Positions 27,005 to 35,213 of a stretch of DNA of 61,218 nt are shown here, piece after piece; position 1 is the first letter of the stretch; the number at the start of each line of letters is the position of its first letter. The notes below the pieces were generated by a model that saw nothing but the letters and a program-made list of their open reading frames with translations, did no database searches and was not told the origin of the DNA. The translations under genes were made by a program, and so were the position numbers. This DNA comes from Candidatus Omnitrophota bacterium (GTDB taxonomy: Bacteria > Omnitrophota > Gorgyraeia > JAFGHF01): NCBI GenBank assembly GCA_042571705.1, contig JBHPFV010000006.1, positions 1 to 61,218 of the forward strand, given 5' to 3'.

Positions 27005-28355
27005 GCCTGGCTAAATTATCAAACCTGGTGTATTCACTCAAGAACAAAAGATTCTGCGAGCCTACCGGGCCATTTCTTTGCTTGGCCACAATGATCTCGG
27101 TAATGCCTTTATTAGTGTCTTTAGGATGATAATATTCCTCTCTAAATAAAAGCATGACTACATCGGCATCCTGTTCAATGGCCCCGGATTCCCTTAAATC
27201 GGAAAGTCGCGGCCGGAAGCTTTCGCGTTTCTCCGGCGCCCGGGAAAGCTGGCTAATCGCGATGATCGGCAGATTCAACTCTTTGGAGAGTGTCTTCAGT
27301 GAACGGGTAATATCGGAGATCTCCTGCTGGCGATTTTCTATCCTGGCGCCGCCGGTCATCAATTGTAGATAATCCACAATGACTAAGGAAATATCGTATC
27401 GACTCTTTAATCTTCTGGCCTTAGCCCGCAACTCTAAAGCAGAAAGCCCGGCACTGTCATCGATGAACACCGGGGCCTCAGCCAGTTTGCCCGCGGCAGT
27501 AACCAGTTTCGGCCAGTCGGACTGAGTTAAGAAGCCGCTTCTGGCCTTCTGTAATTCCACCCGGGCATGCGAACAAAGCATCCTCTGGACCAATTGTTCC
27601 TTGGCCATTTCTAAGCTAAAAATAGCCACCGCCTTCTGTTCCTGGGTCCCGATGTATTCAGCAATACAAGTGGCAAAGGCGCTTTTGCCCATCGAAGGCC
27701 GTCCGGCGATAACAATCAACTCGCCATTATGCAACCCGGCGGTCATTATATCTATATCCTCAAAGCCGGTCGGCAGCCCGGTAACATGGGCCTTGCGCCT
27801 GTAGAAACCTTCGATAGTCTCAATGCTATCTTTAATAATCTCTTTGAGCGAAACGGTAGCGCCCTGGAGCTGTGATCCGGCAATCTCAAAAATCAATTTC
27901 TCGGCTTTATCTAAAAGGACGTTCGCGTCTTGCTGGCCGTCGTAGCTTTGGCTGACAATTTGTGTAGCGGTATGAATTAAATTACGTAAGACTGCCTTCT
28001 CCTTGACAATCTTAGCGTAATGTCCAACATTGGCGGCGGTGGGCACAGTAGTGGTCAGCTCGGTCAAATAAGCCGCTCCGCCGATTTCATCCAGCACGCC
28101 TTTTCTTTTCAATTCTTCAGTCAGGGTAACTAAGTCGGCGGCTTTATTGGCGCCATATAAATCGATAATCGCGGCGAAGATCTTCTGATGCGCGTCATTG
28201 TAGAAGTAAGCGGCATTGACGGTCTCTATCGCCTGAGCAATGGCCTCTTCCTCGATCAGCATCGAACCTAACACGGCGATCTCCGCTTCTAAGTTCTGCG
28301 GCGGGATCTTCTCTAAGGCAATATCCTTGATATCTTTAACTGTTCTAATTACCAT
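26994..28355 (-). CDS. dnaB: replicative DNA helicase
   Basis: 453 aa with PPQNLEAEIAVLGSML and Walker A GRPSMGKSAF. No intein. Confidence 0.95.
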   Translation of the reverse strand: MVIRTVKDIKDIALEKIPPQNLEAEIAVLGSMLIEEEAIAQAIETVNAAYFYNDAHQKIFAAIIDLYGANKAADLVTLTEELKRKGVLDEIGGAAYLTELTTTVPTAANVGHYAKIVKEKAVLRNLIHTATQIVSQSYDGQQDANVLLDKAEKLIFEIAGSQLQGATVSLKEIIKDSIETIEGFYRRKAHVTGLPTGFEDIDIMTAGLHNGELIVIAGRPSMGKSAFATCIAEYIGTQEQKAVAIFSLEMAKEQLVQRMLCSHARVELQKARSGFLTQSDWPKLVTAAGKLAEAPVFIDDSAGLSALELRAKARRLKSRYDISLVIVDYLQLMTGGARIENRQQEISDITRSLKTLSKELNLPIIAISQLSRAPEKRESFRPRLSDLRESGAIEQDADVVMLLFREEYYHPKDTNKGITEIIVAKQRNGPVGSQNLLFLSEYTRFDNLARRED

Positions 28356-28356
28356 G

Positions 28357-28800
28357 CTATTCCTTGACTATCCAGATCTTGGCTTCCGTAACCACCTCGG
28401 GATGTAATTTTAGCTGCACTTTATATACTCCCTCTTCTTTAATTTGCTCAGGCAGCTCGATCTTTCTTCTATCCAGATCGATACCTTCCTGTTTATAGGC
28501 CTGGGCAATATCCTGAGTAGTTACGCTGCCAAACAACTTTCCGTCCTGACCGGAGCGGACCGTAATTGTACAGGAAACAGATTTAACTCGCTCGGCCAGC
28601 TTTTCGGCTTTGAGCCTTTCCTGTTCTAACTGCTGCTGCACCTTAAGCCTTTCCTTTTCCACAACCTTAAGATTAGTCGAGGTCGCCATCAAGGCCAGGC
28701 CCCGAGTCAGCAGATAGTTCCTGGCGTAGCCGTCTTTCACGGAAACCACGTCCCCGGTCTTACCTAATTTTTCCACATCTTGTCTTAAGATTACGTCCAT
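28357..28800 (-). CDS. rplI: 50S ribosomal protein L9
   Basis: 147 aa starting MDVILRQDVEKLGKTGDVVSVKDGYARNYL. Confidence 0.9.
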   Translation of the reverse strand: MDVILRQDVEKLGKTGDVVSVKDGYARNYLLTRGLALMATSTNLKVVEKERLKVQQQLEQERLKAEKLAERVKSVSCTITVRSGQDGKLFGSVTTQDIAQAYKQEGIDLDRRKIELPEQIKEEGVYKVQLKLHPEVVTEAKIWIVKE

Positions 28801-28844
28801 TATTTCCTTTTTTGGTTGAGATTTTAACTACGCGTTAGCTTTAA

Positions 28845-28879
28845 CTGCTTGCACGCCATGTTTTTTCGGTGGCAGGCGG
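28845..28879 (-). repeat. intergenic module G, copy 2
   Basis: ctgcttgcacgccatgttttttcggtggcaggcgg is 29/35 identical to 16017-16051 and directly abuts module P. Confidence 0.8.
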
Positions 28880-28927
28880 AGGAACAGTTCCTGTGATTGG
28901 GTCAATAATCTGGAGGAATAGTTCCTC
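28880..28927 (-). repeat. intergenic module P, copy Y (two 13-bp palindromes 34 bp apart)
   Basis: AGGAACAGTTCCT (28880-28892), AATAATCTGG (28904-28913), AGGAATAGTTCCT (28914-28926). Inverted relative to copy X, so it has the same orientation relative to its downstream gene (rplI). Confidence 0.85.
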
Positions 28928-28939
28928 AGGGCAACGGTT

Positions 28940-29197
28940 TTATTTTCTGACAAAGGGTAAGAGGGCAATGAACCGCGCCTGTCTAATCGCCCTGGCCAGC
29001 ATCCGTTGATGCCGGGCACAGGCCCCAGAACCACGTCGAGAGGAAATCTTTCCTCTTTCAGTGATAAATTTAGACAATCTGCCTACCTCTTTGTAATCTA
29101 CAGTGTTGATCTTCTCAGTGCAAAACATACAGACTTTTTTTCTCAGCGGAAATGCTCTGGCCTTGGCTGTTCTTTTCTTTCTAATTATTCTTACCAT
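28940..29197 (-). CDS. rpsR: 30S ribosomal protein S18
   Basis: 85 aa with [29 protein letters not shown]. Confidence 0.9.
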   Translation of the reverse strand: MVRIIRKKRTAKARAFPLRKKVCMFCTEKINTVDYKEVGRLSKFITERGKISSRRGSGACARHQRMLARAIRQARFIALLPFVRK

Positions 29198-29216
29198 CTG
29201 CTCTTAACCCTTTAGT

Positions 29217-29687
29217 TTAAAATGGTGTATTTCGTCCAGTCGGGCCTGGTGTTCCTGGCGAGGAAGAACCTGGCGCCTCTTCACTGAGCAAACTCTCCAG
29301 AGATTCTTCGGCCTCTTTTTCTTTTACTTCCCCCGGGGGGGCATCCTCGACGGCTTGAGGCCTACCCAAAAATTGCACCCGCGAGGCCCGGACTTCTAAA
29401 ATATTGCGCTTTTCTCCATTGGGGTTTTCCCAACTGCGCATCTGTAAACGGCCTTCTACAAATATCGGCCGGCCTTTACTCAAAAATTGCGTGCAGGTCT
29501 CAGCCTGCTTGCCCCAAGCCACTACAGTAATAAAAGCGGTCTCTTCTTTAACCTCGCCGCTCTGGGTCTTATATCTCCTGTTTACCGCGATTCTTAAATT
29601 AGTCACCGCAGTGCCGCTGGGCGTATATCTTAATTCCGGGTCGCGGGTAAGATTTCCCATCAGGAACACCCGATTCAAGTTAGCCAT
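29217..29687 (-). CDS. ssb: single-stranded DNA-binding protein
   Basis: 156 aa starting MANLNRVFLMGNLTRDPELRYTPSG, with an OB fold and an acidic/Pro-rich tail ending in PF. Confidence 0.9.
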   Translation of the reverse strand: MANLNRVFLMGNLTRDPELRYTPSGTAVTNLRIAVNRRYKTQSGEVKEETAFITVVAWGKQAETCTQFLSKGRPIFVEGRLQMRSWENPNGEKRNILEVRASRVQFLGRPQAVEDAPPGEVKEKEAEESLESLLSEEAPGSSSPGTPGPTGRNTPF

Positions 29688-29988
29688 TTACCCCTCCTCC
29701 TAACTGTTTGTTGAGGACTAAAACTCTCAACACATTTTCATCAATCTGGCAGGCCTGTTTTAATTTAGTCACCGCATCACCGGTTGGTGCCAAGAAATTA
29801 ATTAGATAATAAAGGCCCTCTTTACATTTCTTGATCTCATAGGCCAGCTGCCTTCTGCCAAAGACCTGAGAAGCCTTGACTTCAGCTTGATTGTCTTTGA
29901 GGACTTTCTCCAGGCTCTCCGCCAATAGCTTCTGGTCTGGTTCGCTTAAACTAGGGTTGAATATAAACATCGCTTCGTACGATTGCAA
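29680..29988 (-). CDS. rpsF: 30S ribosomal protein S6
   Basis: 102 aa starting YEAMFIFNPSL. rpsF-ssb-rpsR-rplI synteny. Confidence 0.85.
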   Translation of the reverse strand: MQSYEAMFIFNPSLSEPDQKLLAESLEKVLKDNQAEVKASQVFGRRQLAYEIKKCKEGLYYLINFLAPTGDAVTKLKQACQIDENVLRVLVLNKQLGGGVNG

Positions 29989-30000
29989 GTTAAACCCTCC

Positions 30001-30579
30001 TTAGTTAAATTCATTCATCGCCGCGTTTATCCCGCGCTCAAACCAGGCTTGGCAACAAGCGCAGGCTGCTTCCACGGCCTGGGTAATTATTCGGGCTTCC
30101 TGCTTATTGAATCTGCCCAATACATGCCTGGTGAGTTTCGCGCCGCGCCTTGAACTCTCTGCGGCCGCTTCTGGTTGGCCCACGCCAATTCTTAAACGCG
30201 AGAAATCCTCAGTGGCTAAGGCCTGGATAATCGAACGTAGGCCTTGATGACCTCCGGCACTGCCACTAGCTTTAATCCGCATCTTGCCTAACGGCAAGTT
30301 GATATCGTCACAGACAACTAACAGATCCCTTGCAGCGATCTCCTTCTCTCTGACTAATACGGAGGCGACCCGGCCGCTTAAATTGACGAAAGTCTCAGGC
30401 TTGACTAAAAGTAGCGGTTCGGCCCCCAAGTTGGTCTGGGCGTAAGAATAATTAAAATTTTTGCGCCTGATCTTGAGCCTATTTTTTTGAGCCAGCCGCT
30501 CAACTACCGAAAATCCTAAATTGTGACGGCTAAATTTATATCTTAAACCAGGATTACCGATCCCTAAAATTACTTTCAA
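30001..30579 (-). CDS. pth: peptidyl-tRNA hydrolase
   Basis: 192 aa with ILGIGNPGLRYKFSRHNLGF. Confidence 0.9.
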   Translation of the reverse strand: MKVILGIGNPGLRYKFSRHNLGFSVVERLAQKNRLKIRRKNFNYSYAQTNLGAEPLLLVKPETFVNLSGRVASVLVREKEIAARDLLVVCDDINLPLGKMRIKASGSAGGHQGLRSIIQALATEDFSRLRIGVGQPEAAAESSRRGAKLTRHVLGRFNKQEARIITQAVEAACACCQAWFERGINAAMNEFN

Positions 30580-31304
30580 ACTTTCTTTTCTTTTCCAGCT
30601 TGATCTTCTTCTCCAGGGGCAACTTCTTCTTCGGGCTTTTTCTCTGTAATTACTTCCGGCTCCAGCTGTTCCTCGCCCTCAACCGGCGCTGCCGCTTCCT
30701 CTTCCGCTCGCGGCGCAGCCACAGCAATCACTGCCGATTCAGGATCAGTGAGCACCTTAATCTCTGGGGCCACGTTCAGATCCTTGACCAAGACCGAATC
30801 ACCTATCTTTAAAGCAGTGACATCGATGGGAATATTTTCGGGGATCTGCGTAGGTAAACATTCGACTTCTATCTCCCAAAGGACGTGCTCTAAGATACCA
30901 CCCTGCTTCACGCCTTCGGGATCACCCTTAACATGTACCGGAACTTTTACGGTGATCGCCTCATTTAAAGAGATTTCATGAAAATCTACATGTAAAACAT
31001 CACCTTTGAGGGGGTGGTATTGGATCTCTTTAATAATCGCGTTTTTGTTGGCGACCTTCGCTAAATCTTTAGATTTAGTCTTTGACTTAGTATCCTCAAG
31101 CGCCTGAAGCTGGAGATTGACAATGACATTTGCTCCGGCCTTAGTATGGATTACTTCCAAAAAGTCCTTAGAAAACACCTTAATCTTGGTGGAGTTCTTG
31201 CCTTTGTAAACTACTGCCGGGACCAAGCCTTGGCTCCTGAGTTTTTTCACGGCCTCTTTTCCGGTCTCTATTCTTTGTTCTGCCTTTAAACTTATCTTTT
31301 CCAT
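30576..31304 (-). CDS. rplY: 50S ribosomal protein L25 / general stress protein Ctc (long form)
   Basis: 242 aa with an L25 N-terminal domain, a Ctc C-terminal domain and an E/A-rich tail. Confidence 0.85.
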   Translation of the reverse strand: MEKISLKAEQRIETGKEAVKKLRSQGLVPAVVYKGKNSTKIKVFSKDFLEVIHTKAGANVIVNLQLQALEDTKSKTKSKDLAKVANKNAIIKEIQYHPLKGDVLHVDFHEISLNEAITVKVPVHVKGDPEGVKQGGILEHVLWEIEVECLPTQIPENIPIDVTALKIGDSVLVKDLNVAPEIKVLTDPESAVIAVAAPRAEEEAAAPVEGEEQLEPEVITEKKPEEEVAPGEEDQAGKEKKV

Positions 31305-31308
31305 TTGT

Positions 31309-32259
31309 CTAGCTCTCTATCTTTTCAAACAAACAACTTACCGACTCTTCGCGATGAATCCGTTTAATTGCCTCGGCTAACAGAGGGGCAATCGAAAGTA
31401 CTTTGATTTTGGGGTGGGTCTTATGGTTCTCCACTGGTATAGTATCACAGACCACCAGCTGTTTCAAGACGGATTTTTCAATCCGCTCTATTGCCGGTCC
31501 GGAAAGGACCGGGTGGGTAATCGCCGCATAAATATCCGCGGCTCGGTGTTTCTTTAAGGCTCCGGCGGCCTCAACCAATGAACCGGCCGTAGCTACCATA
31601 TCATCAACAATAATCACATTCTTGCCTTCCACCTCTCCGAGTATGTTCATTACTTCGGTCTGGTGGCTATTCACTCTGCGCTTATCGATAATGGCCAAAT
31701 CGGCATTGAATCTCTTAGCATAAGCCCGGGCTAATTTAATCCCGCCGACATCGGGTGAGACAATGGCCAGGTTTTTCAGCCCCAAACTCTCGTAATACTC
31801 TACAAATACATTGACGGCGTAAAGATGATCCAGGGGGATGTCAAAGAACCCTTGAATCTGTCCGGCGTGCAGATCAATGGTCAGGATCCTCTTGGCCCCG
31901 GCTGTAGTCATCAAATTAGCTACCAACTTTGCGGTAATCGGAACCCGCGGCTGGTCTTTTCTGTCTTGACGGGCATAACCATAAAAAGGCACCACTGCGG
32001 TAATCCGGGCGGCTGAGGCCCGCCTTAAGGCATCCAACATAATCAACAGCTCCATCATGTTCTTATTGGACGGAGGCGAGGTTGGTTGAATTAAAAACAC
32101 GTCTTTCCCGCGAACATTTTCATCAATCTTGACCTGGATCTCTCCCTCGCTGAATGTCGAGACCAAGGCCTGACCCAACTCTACCTTCAGATGTTCGCAG
32201 ATATCTTGCGCTAATTTAGGATTGGCATTACCGGTAAACACTGCTAATTTGTCAAACAT
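31309..32259 (-). CDS. prs: ribose-phosphate pyrophosphokinase
   Basis: 316 aa with YARQDRK, DLHAGQIQGFF and VDDMVATAGS. Confidence 0.95.
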   Translation of the reverse strand: MFDKLAVFTGNANPKLAQDICEHLKVELGQALVSTFSEGEIQVKIDENVRGKDVFLIQPTSPPSNKNMMELLIMLDALRRASAARITAVVPFYGYARQDRKDQPRVPITAKLVANLMTTAGAKRILTIDLHAGQIQGFFDIPLDHLYAVNVFVEYYESLGLKNLAIVSPDVGGIKLARAYAKRFNADLAIIDKRRVNSHQTEVMNILGEVEGKNVIIVDDMVATAGSLVEAAGALKKHRAADIYAAITHPVLSGPAIERIEKSVLKQLVVCDTIPVENHKTHPKIKVLSIAPLLAEAIKRIHREESVSCLFEKIES

Positions 32260-32263
32260 CTCA

Positions 32264-33553
32264 TCACCTCTTCTTCAATACCCGCACGGGAGCGCCTGCC
32301 TTGCTTTTCAACAGGCGGGCGGGAGCGCCGATTACTGTTGCGCCCGCAGGCACATTTTTATTTTTGGTGACTACGCTACCTGCGCCCACAACTGCGCCTT
32401 TGCCGATTTTAACCGGAGCAATCAAAATAGCGCCTACGCCCACAAAGGCCTCATCGGCGATAACGGTCTGATTTTTGTTTTTGCCGTCGTAATTCGCGGT
32501 AATCACGCCGGCGCCGATATTTACTTTTTTACCCACCAAGGCATCGCCGATATAACTATGATGTTTAATCTTGCTCTGTTGACCTATTTTACTTCTGGCT
32601 ATTTCGACAAAGTTGCCAATCTGCACACCCTGACCTAACACAGTGGCGTCTCTTAATCGCGCAAACGGACCAATCCTGCAGGACTTACCGATCCTGACCC
32701 GGCCTTCAATGACAGTGTGCGGATAAATAATCGTATCTTGTCCGATCCGCACATCTCCATGAAGAAAGGTTGTCTGGGGATCAAGGATAGTGACTCCCTG
32801 GGCGCTTAAGTCCTCAATCTTTCTGCTGTTAATTACCGCATTGGCCCGGGAGAGATCGCGGCGCGAATTTACGCCCAGACCCTCTTGCTCATTCTGGGTG
32901 TAGACATTTTTTATTTTAGCCTTTCGGGCCGATAAGACCTCGATCACATCGGTCAGGTAATATTCCTTCTTGGCGTTATTCGGCTTGATTTCCTTTAAAG
33001 CCGAAAAAAGATTTTTTGCTTTAAAACAATAGGCCCCGACGTTAATCTCACCAATAGCCTGCTCATAGATGTCGGCATCTTGCTCTTCGATTATCTTGAC
33101 GATTTTGTTGTCGCGATCCCTTAAGATCCGGCCAAAGCCGGTCGGGTCGGAAGTCACAGCGGTTAACACCGTGCATGCCGCTCGATTGGCTTGATGAGTG
33201 CGAATAAGTTGTTTCAGGCTTTGCCGGCTGATCAGCGGCGTATCCCCGTAAACAACTAACAGATCGCCGTTAAAACCGCTAAATGTTTTCCTGGTCTGCC
33301 AGACCGCATCCGCTGAACCTAACAGCTTCGCTTGCTGAACAGACTGGATCCGGTGATTCCGCAGGGCAGTACGAATCTTATCTGCCCTGTGACCGACCAC
33401 CACAATCGATCTGTTAATGTTCAATTCGGCGATCAACTCCAGCATATAGCGCAGCATCGGCTTACCGCAAACCTCGTGCAATACTTTAGGTTGCGCCGAT
33501 TTCATCCGCGTACCTTCCCCGGCTGCTAATATAACCGCTGCTATCTTCTTCAT
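32264..33553 (-). CDS. glmU: bifunctional GlcNAc-1-P uridyltransferase / GlcN-1-P acetyltransferase
   Basis: 429 aa with LAAGEGTRMKS and C-terminal hexapeptide repeats. Confidence 0.9.
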   Translation of the reverse strand: MKKIAAVILAAGEGTRMKSAQPKVLHEVCGKPMLRYMLELIAELNINRSIVVVGHRADKIRTALRNHRIQSVQQAKLLGSADAVWQTRKTFSGFNGDLLVVYGDTPLISRQSLKQLIRTHQANRAACTVLTAVTSDPTGFGRILRDRDNKIVKIIEEQDADIYEQAIGEINVGAYCFKAKNLFSALKEIKPNNAKKEYYLTDVIEVLSARKAKIKNVYTQNEQEGLGVNSRRDLSRANAVINSRKIEDLSAQGVTILDPQTTFLHGDVRIGQDTIIYPHTVIEGRVRIGKSCRIGPFARLRDATVLGQGVQIGNFVEIARSKIGQQSKIKHHSYIGDALVGKKVNIGAGVITANYDGKNKNQTVIADEAFVGVGAILIAPVKIGKGAVVGAGSVVTKNKNVPAGATVIGAPARLLKSKAGAPVRVLKKR

Positions 33554-33592
33554 GCTTTTTGGCTTTTGCTGATCGCTTCTCTTAACTGTGCT

Positions 33593-33643
33593 TGCTTGCG
33601 CACTCCCCTTCGGGGAGGCTTGAACCTGCAGGTTACATAAGGC
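33593..33643 (-). repeat. intergenic module H, copy C (50/51 identical to 59093-59143)
   Basis: tgcttgcgcactccccttcggggaggcttgaacctgcaggttaCataaggc. Contains hairpin CTCCCC-TTC-GGGGAG and palindrome AACCTGCAGGTT. Lies between the tRNA-Gln 3' end and the glmU start. Confidence 0.9.
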
Positions 33644-33668
33644 ATTGGTTTGTGCTGCAATCTATAAG

Positions 33669-33739
33669 TTGCCCGGCCTGGACTCGAACCAGAAACCACG
33701 GCTCCAAAGGCCGGTGTGATACCATTTCACCACCGGGCA
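33669..33739 (-). tRNA. tRNA-Gln (anticodon UUG), no encoded CCA
   Basis: The reverse complement TGCCCGGTGGTGAAATGGTATCACACCGGCCTTTGGAGCCGTGGTTTCTGGTTCGAGTCCAGGCCGGGCAA has a U1-A72 acceptor pair typical of tRNA-Gln, anticodon loop CTTTGGA, and one C-U mismatch at the top of the anticodon stem. Confidence 0.8.
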
Positions 33740-33755
33740 ATGAAAGGTCTCAACG

Positions 33756-34286
33756 TTATATTAAAGGATGTTCTTCGATGCTTCCCGGGGCAGTACTTTC
33801 CAAGTCGTCGATAGGCTGCTGCTGAGTAGGCTGCTGCTGAGTAGGCTGCTGCTGAGTAGGCTGCTGCTGAGACTGAGGGCCTTGAGATTTTTCGGTCTCG
33901 TAAGCCTCTAAGATCTTTTTCTGAATGTACTCCCTGGTTTCCATATTGATCGGATGGGCAATATCTCTGTGTTCGGAGCGGCGACCTTTGTCTTCGCCAT
34001 GGCCTTCGGTGTGTGTGTGCGAGTCACCAGGCTGCGTGCTTTCCCGTTGCGGAAGCTGGCTACCACATTGGTTACAATGTTTGCTGCGGAGGGAATTTTT
34101 GGCCCCGCATTTCGGACAAGGCTCTTCAATCCTGCGAGAAGGCATGGCTACAAATAAGCCTTTATTGCCCTCAATCACCTTGATATTCCTAACCACAAAG
34201 GCATTATCAAATGTAATCGTAGCATATGCCCGTAGTTTGGTTGCTGGGTTATCACGCAAAAATATCCTTACCTCTGTGATCTCCAT
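33756..34286 (-). CDS. spoVG: SpoVG-family protein with an inserted zinc ribbon and a Q/P-repeat tail
   Basis: SpoVG core MEITEVRIFL...GLFVAMPSRR ... HRDIAHPINMETREYIQKKILEAY, interrupted by about 50 aa containing CPKC-x10-CNQC. The C-terminus carries QQQPT x4. Confidence 0.8.
   Translation of the reverse strand: MEITEVRIFLRDNPATKLRAYATITFDNAFVVRNIKVIEGNKGLFVAMPSRRIEEPCPKCGAKNSLRSKHCNQCGSQLPQRESTQPGDSHTHTEGHGEDKGRRSEHRDIAHPINMETREYIQKKILEAYETEKSQGPQSQQQPTQQQPTQQQPTQQQPIDDLESTAPGSIEEHPLI
33812..33871. repeat. perfect 15-bp x4 tandem repeat inside spoVG
   Basis: taggctgctgctgag x4, encoding the (TQQQP)n tail. Confidence 0.95.
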
Positions 34287-34292
34287 GGCTGC

Positions 34293-35213
34293 TTAATCCT
34301 CCTTTTCACTGTTAGAAAGCGTCTTTGTAACTATTATCCGCCAACTGTTATCTCTGGTTGCCCGCAATCCTGCGCTTATCGCCATCGCCTCCTTGCGCGT
34401 TTGAGCCACCCCAAAAACACAAGGCCCGCTTCCTGAAACCAAAGTTGCACTAGCACCAAAAGTTTTGAGGGCCTTTTTAATTTTTTGAACCGGTTTGTAT
34501 TTCTTTAGTAAAATCGACTCAAAGCTGTTATAACTGTATTTATTCAAGGCAGTTAGGTTACCTTCCTGTAAAGCACGGATTACAATTTTAGCACTAGAAG
34601 GCCGCTTTGTCAAGGCTATTCTTAACTTCTGATACATCCTGCCTGTTGAGACTGAAACACCGCCAGGCATTACCAATATGTACCAATTATTTCGCTTTAT
34701 CGACAGGGCCTTGAGCCGCTCGCCCTTGCCCAAACCAAGGGCGCGAATGTCGCGCAGAATAAAAAAAGGCACATCAGCCCCAATTTGCTCAGCTAGGGTT
34801 AACAGACTGCGCCTGGTTTGCTTGAGATTGAGCAGCTTATTTAGGCCTAAGAGCACACTGGCCGCATCACTGCTTCCACCGCCTAAACCAGCGGCTACGG
34901 GTATATTTTTCTTGATCCTGATCTGGATGCCGGCGCGATAATTAGCCTTAGCAAAAATGGCCGCGGCCGCGACAGCGGCCAGGTTTTGCCCATTCCGCGG
35001 CAGGTCCGCCTGCCCTGCTTTTAGCTCGGCGGCCAGGGCCGGATCTGAACAGATAAGCTTGATGCCCTGTTTACGCTTAGTTAAAGTTATTTGATCGCAA
35101 AGATCTATCTTTTCAAAAATAGTCTCGATGTTGTGATAGCCATCGCTACGCTTACGAACTACCCGCAAATAAAGATTGATCTTAGCTGGCGCTTTCAGCC
35201 TTAACGTTCGCAT
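34293..35213 (-). CDS. ispE: 4-diphosphocytidyl-2-C-methyl-D-erythritol kinase
   Basis: 306 aa with APAKINLYLRV and PVAAGLGGGSSDAA. Confidence 0.85.
   Translation of the reverse strand: MRTLRLKAPAKINLYLRVVRKRSDGYHNIETIFEKIDLCDQITLTKRKQGIKLICSDPALAAELKAGQADLPRNGQNLAAVAAAAIFAKANYRAGIQIRIKKNIPVAAGLGGGSSDAASVLLGLNKLLNLKQTRRSLLTLAEQIGADVPFFILRDIRALGLGKGERLKALSIKRNNWYILVMPGGVSVSTGRMYQKLRIALTKRPSSAKIVIRALQEGNLTALNKYSYNSFESILLKKYKPVQKIKKALKTFGASATLVSGSGPCVFGVAQTRKEAMAISAGLRATRDNSWRIIVTKTLSNSEKED

Noticed and set aside
28828-29034. 68-aa minus-strand ORF overlapping rpsR out of frame and the repeat-filled spacer
   Set aside because: S18 in the other frame is unambiguous, and the rest of this ORF is repeat-module sequence.
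33592-33825. 77-aa plus-strand ORF
   Set aside because: It covers repeat module H, the whole tRNA-Gln gene and the spoVG 3' end on the opposite strand, so it is spurious.
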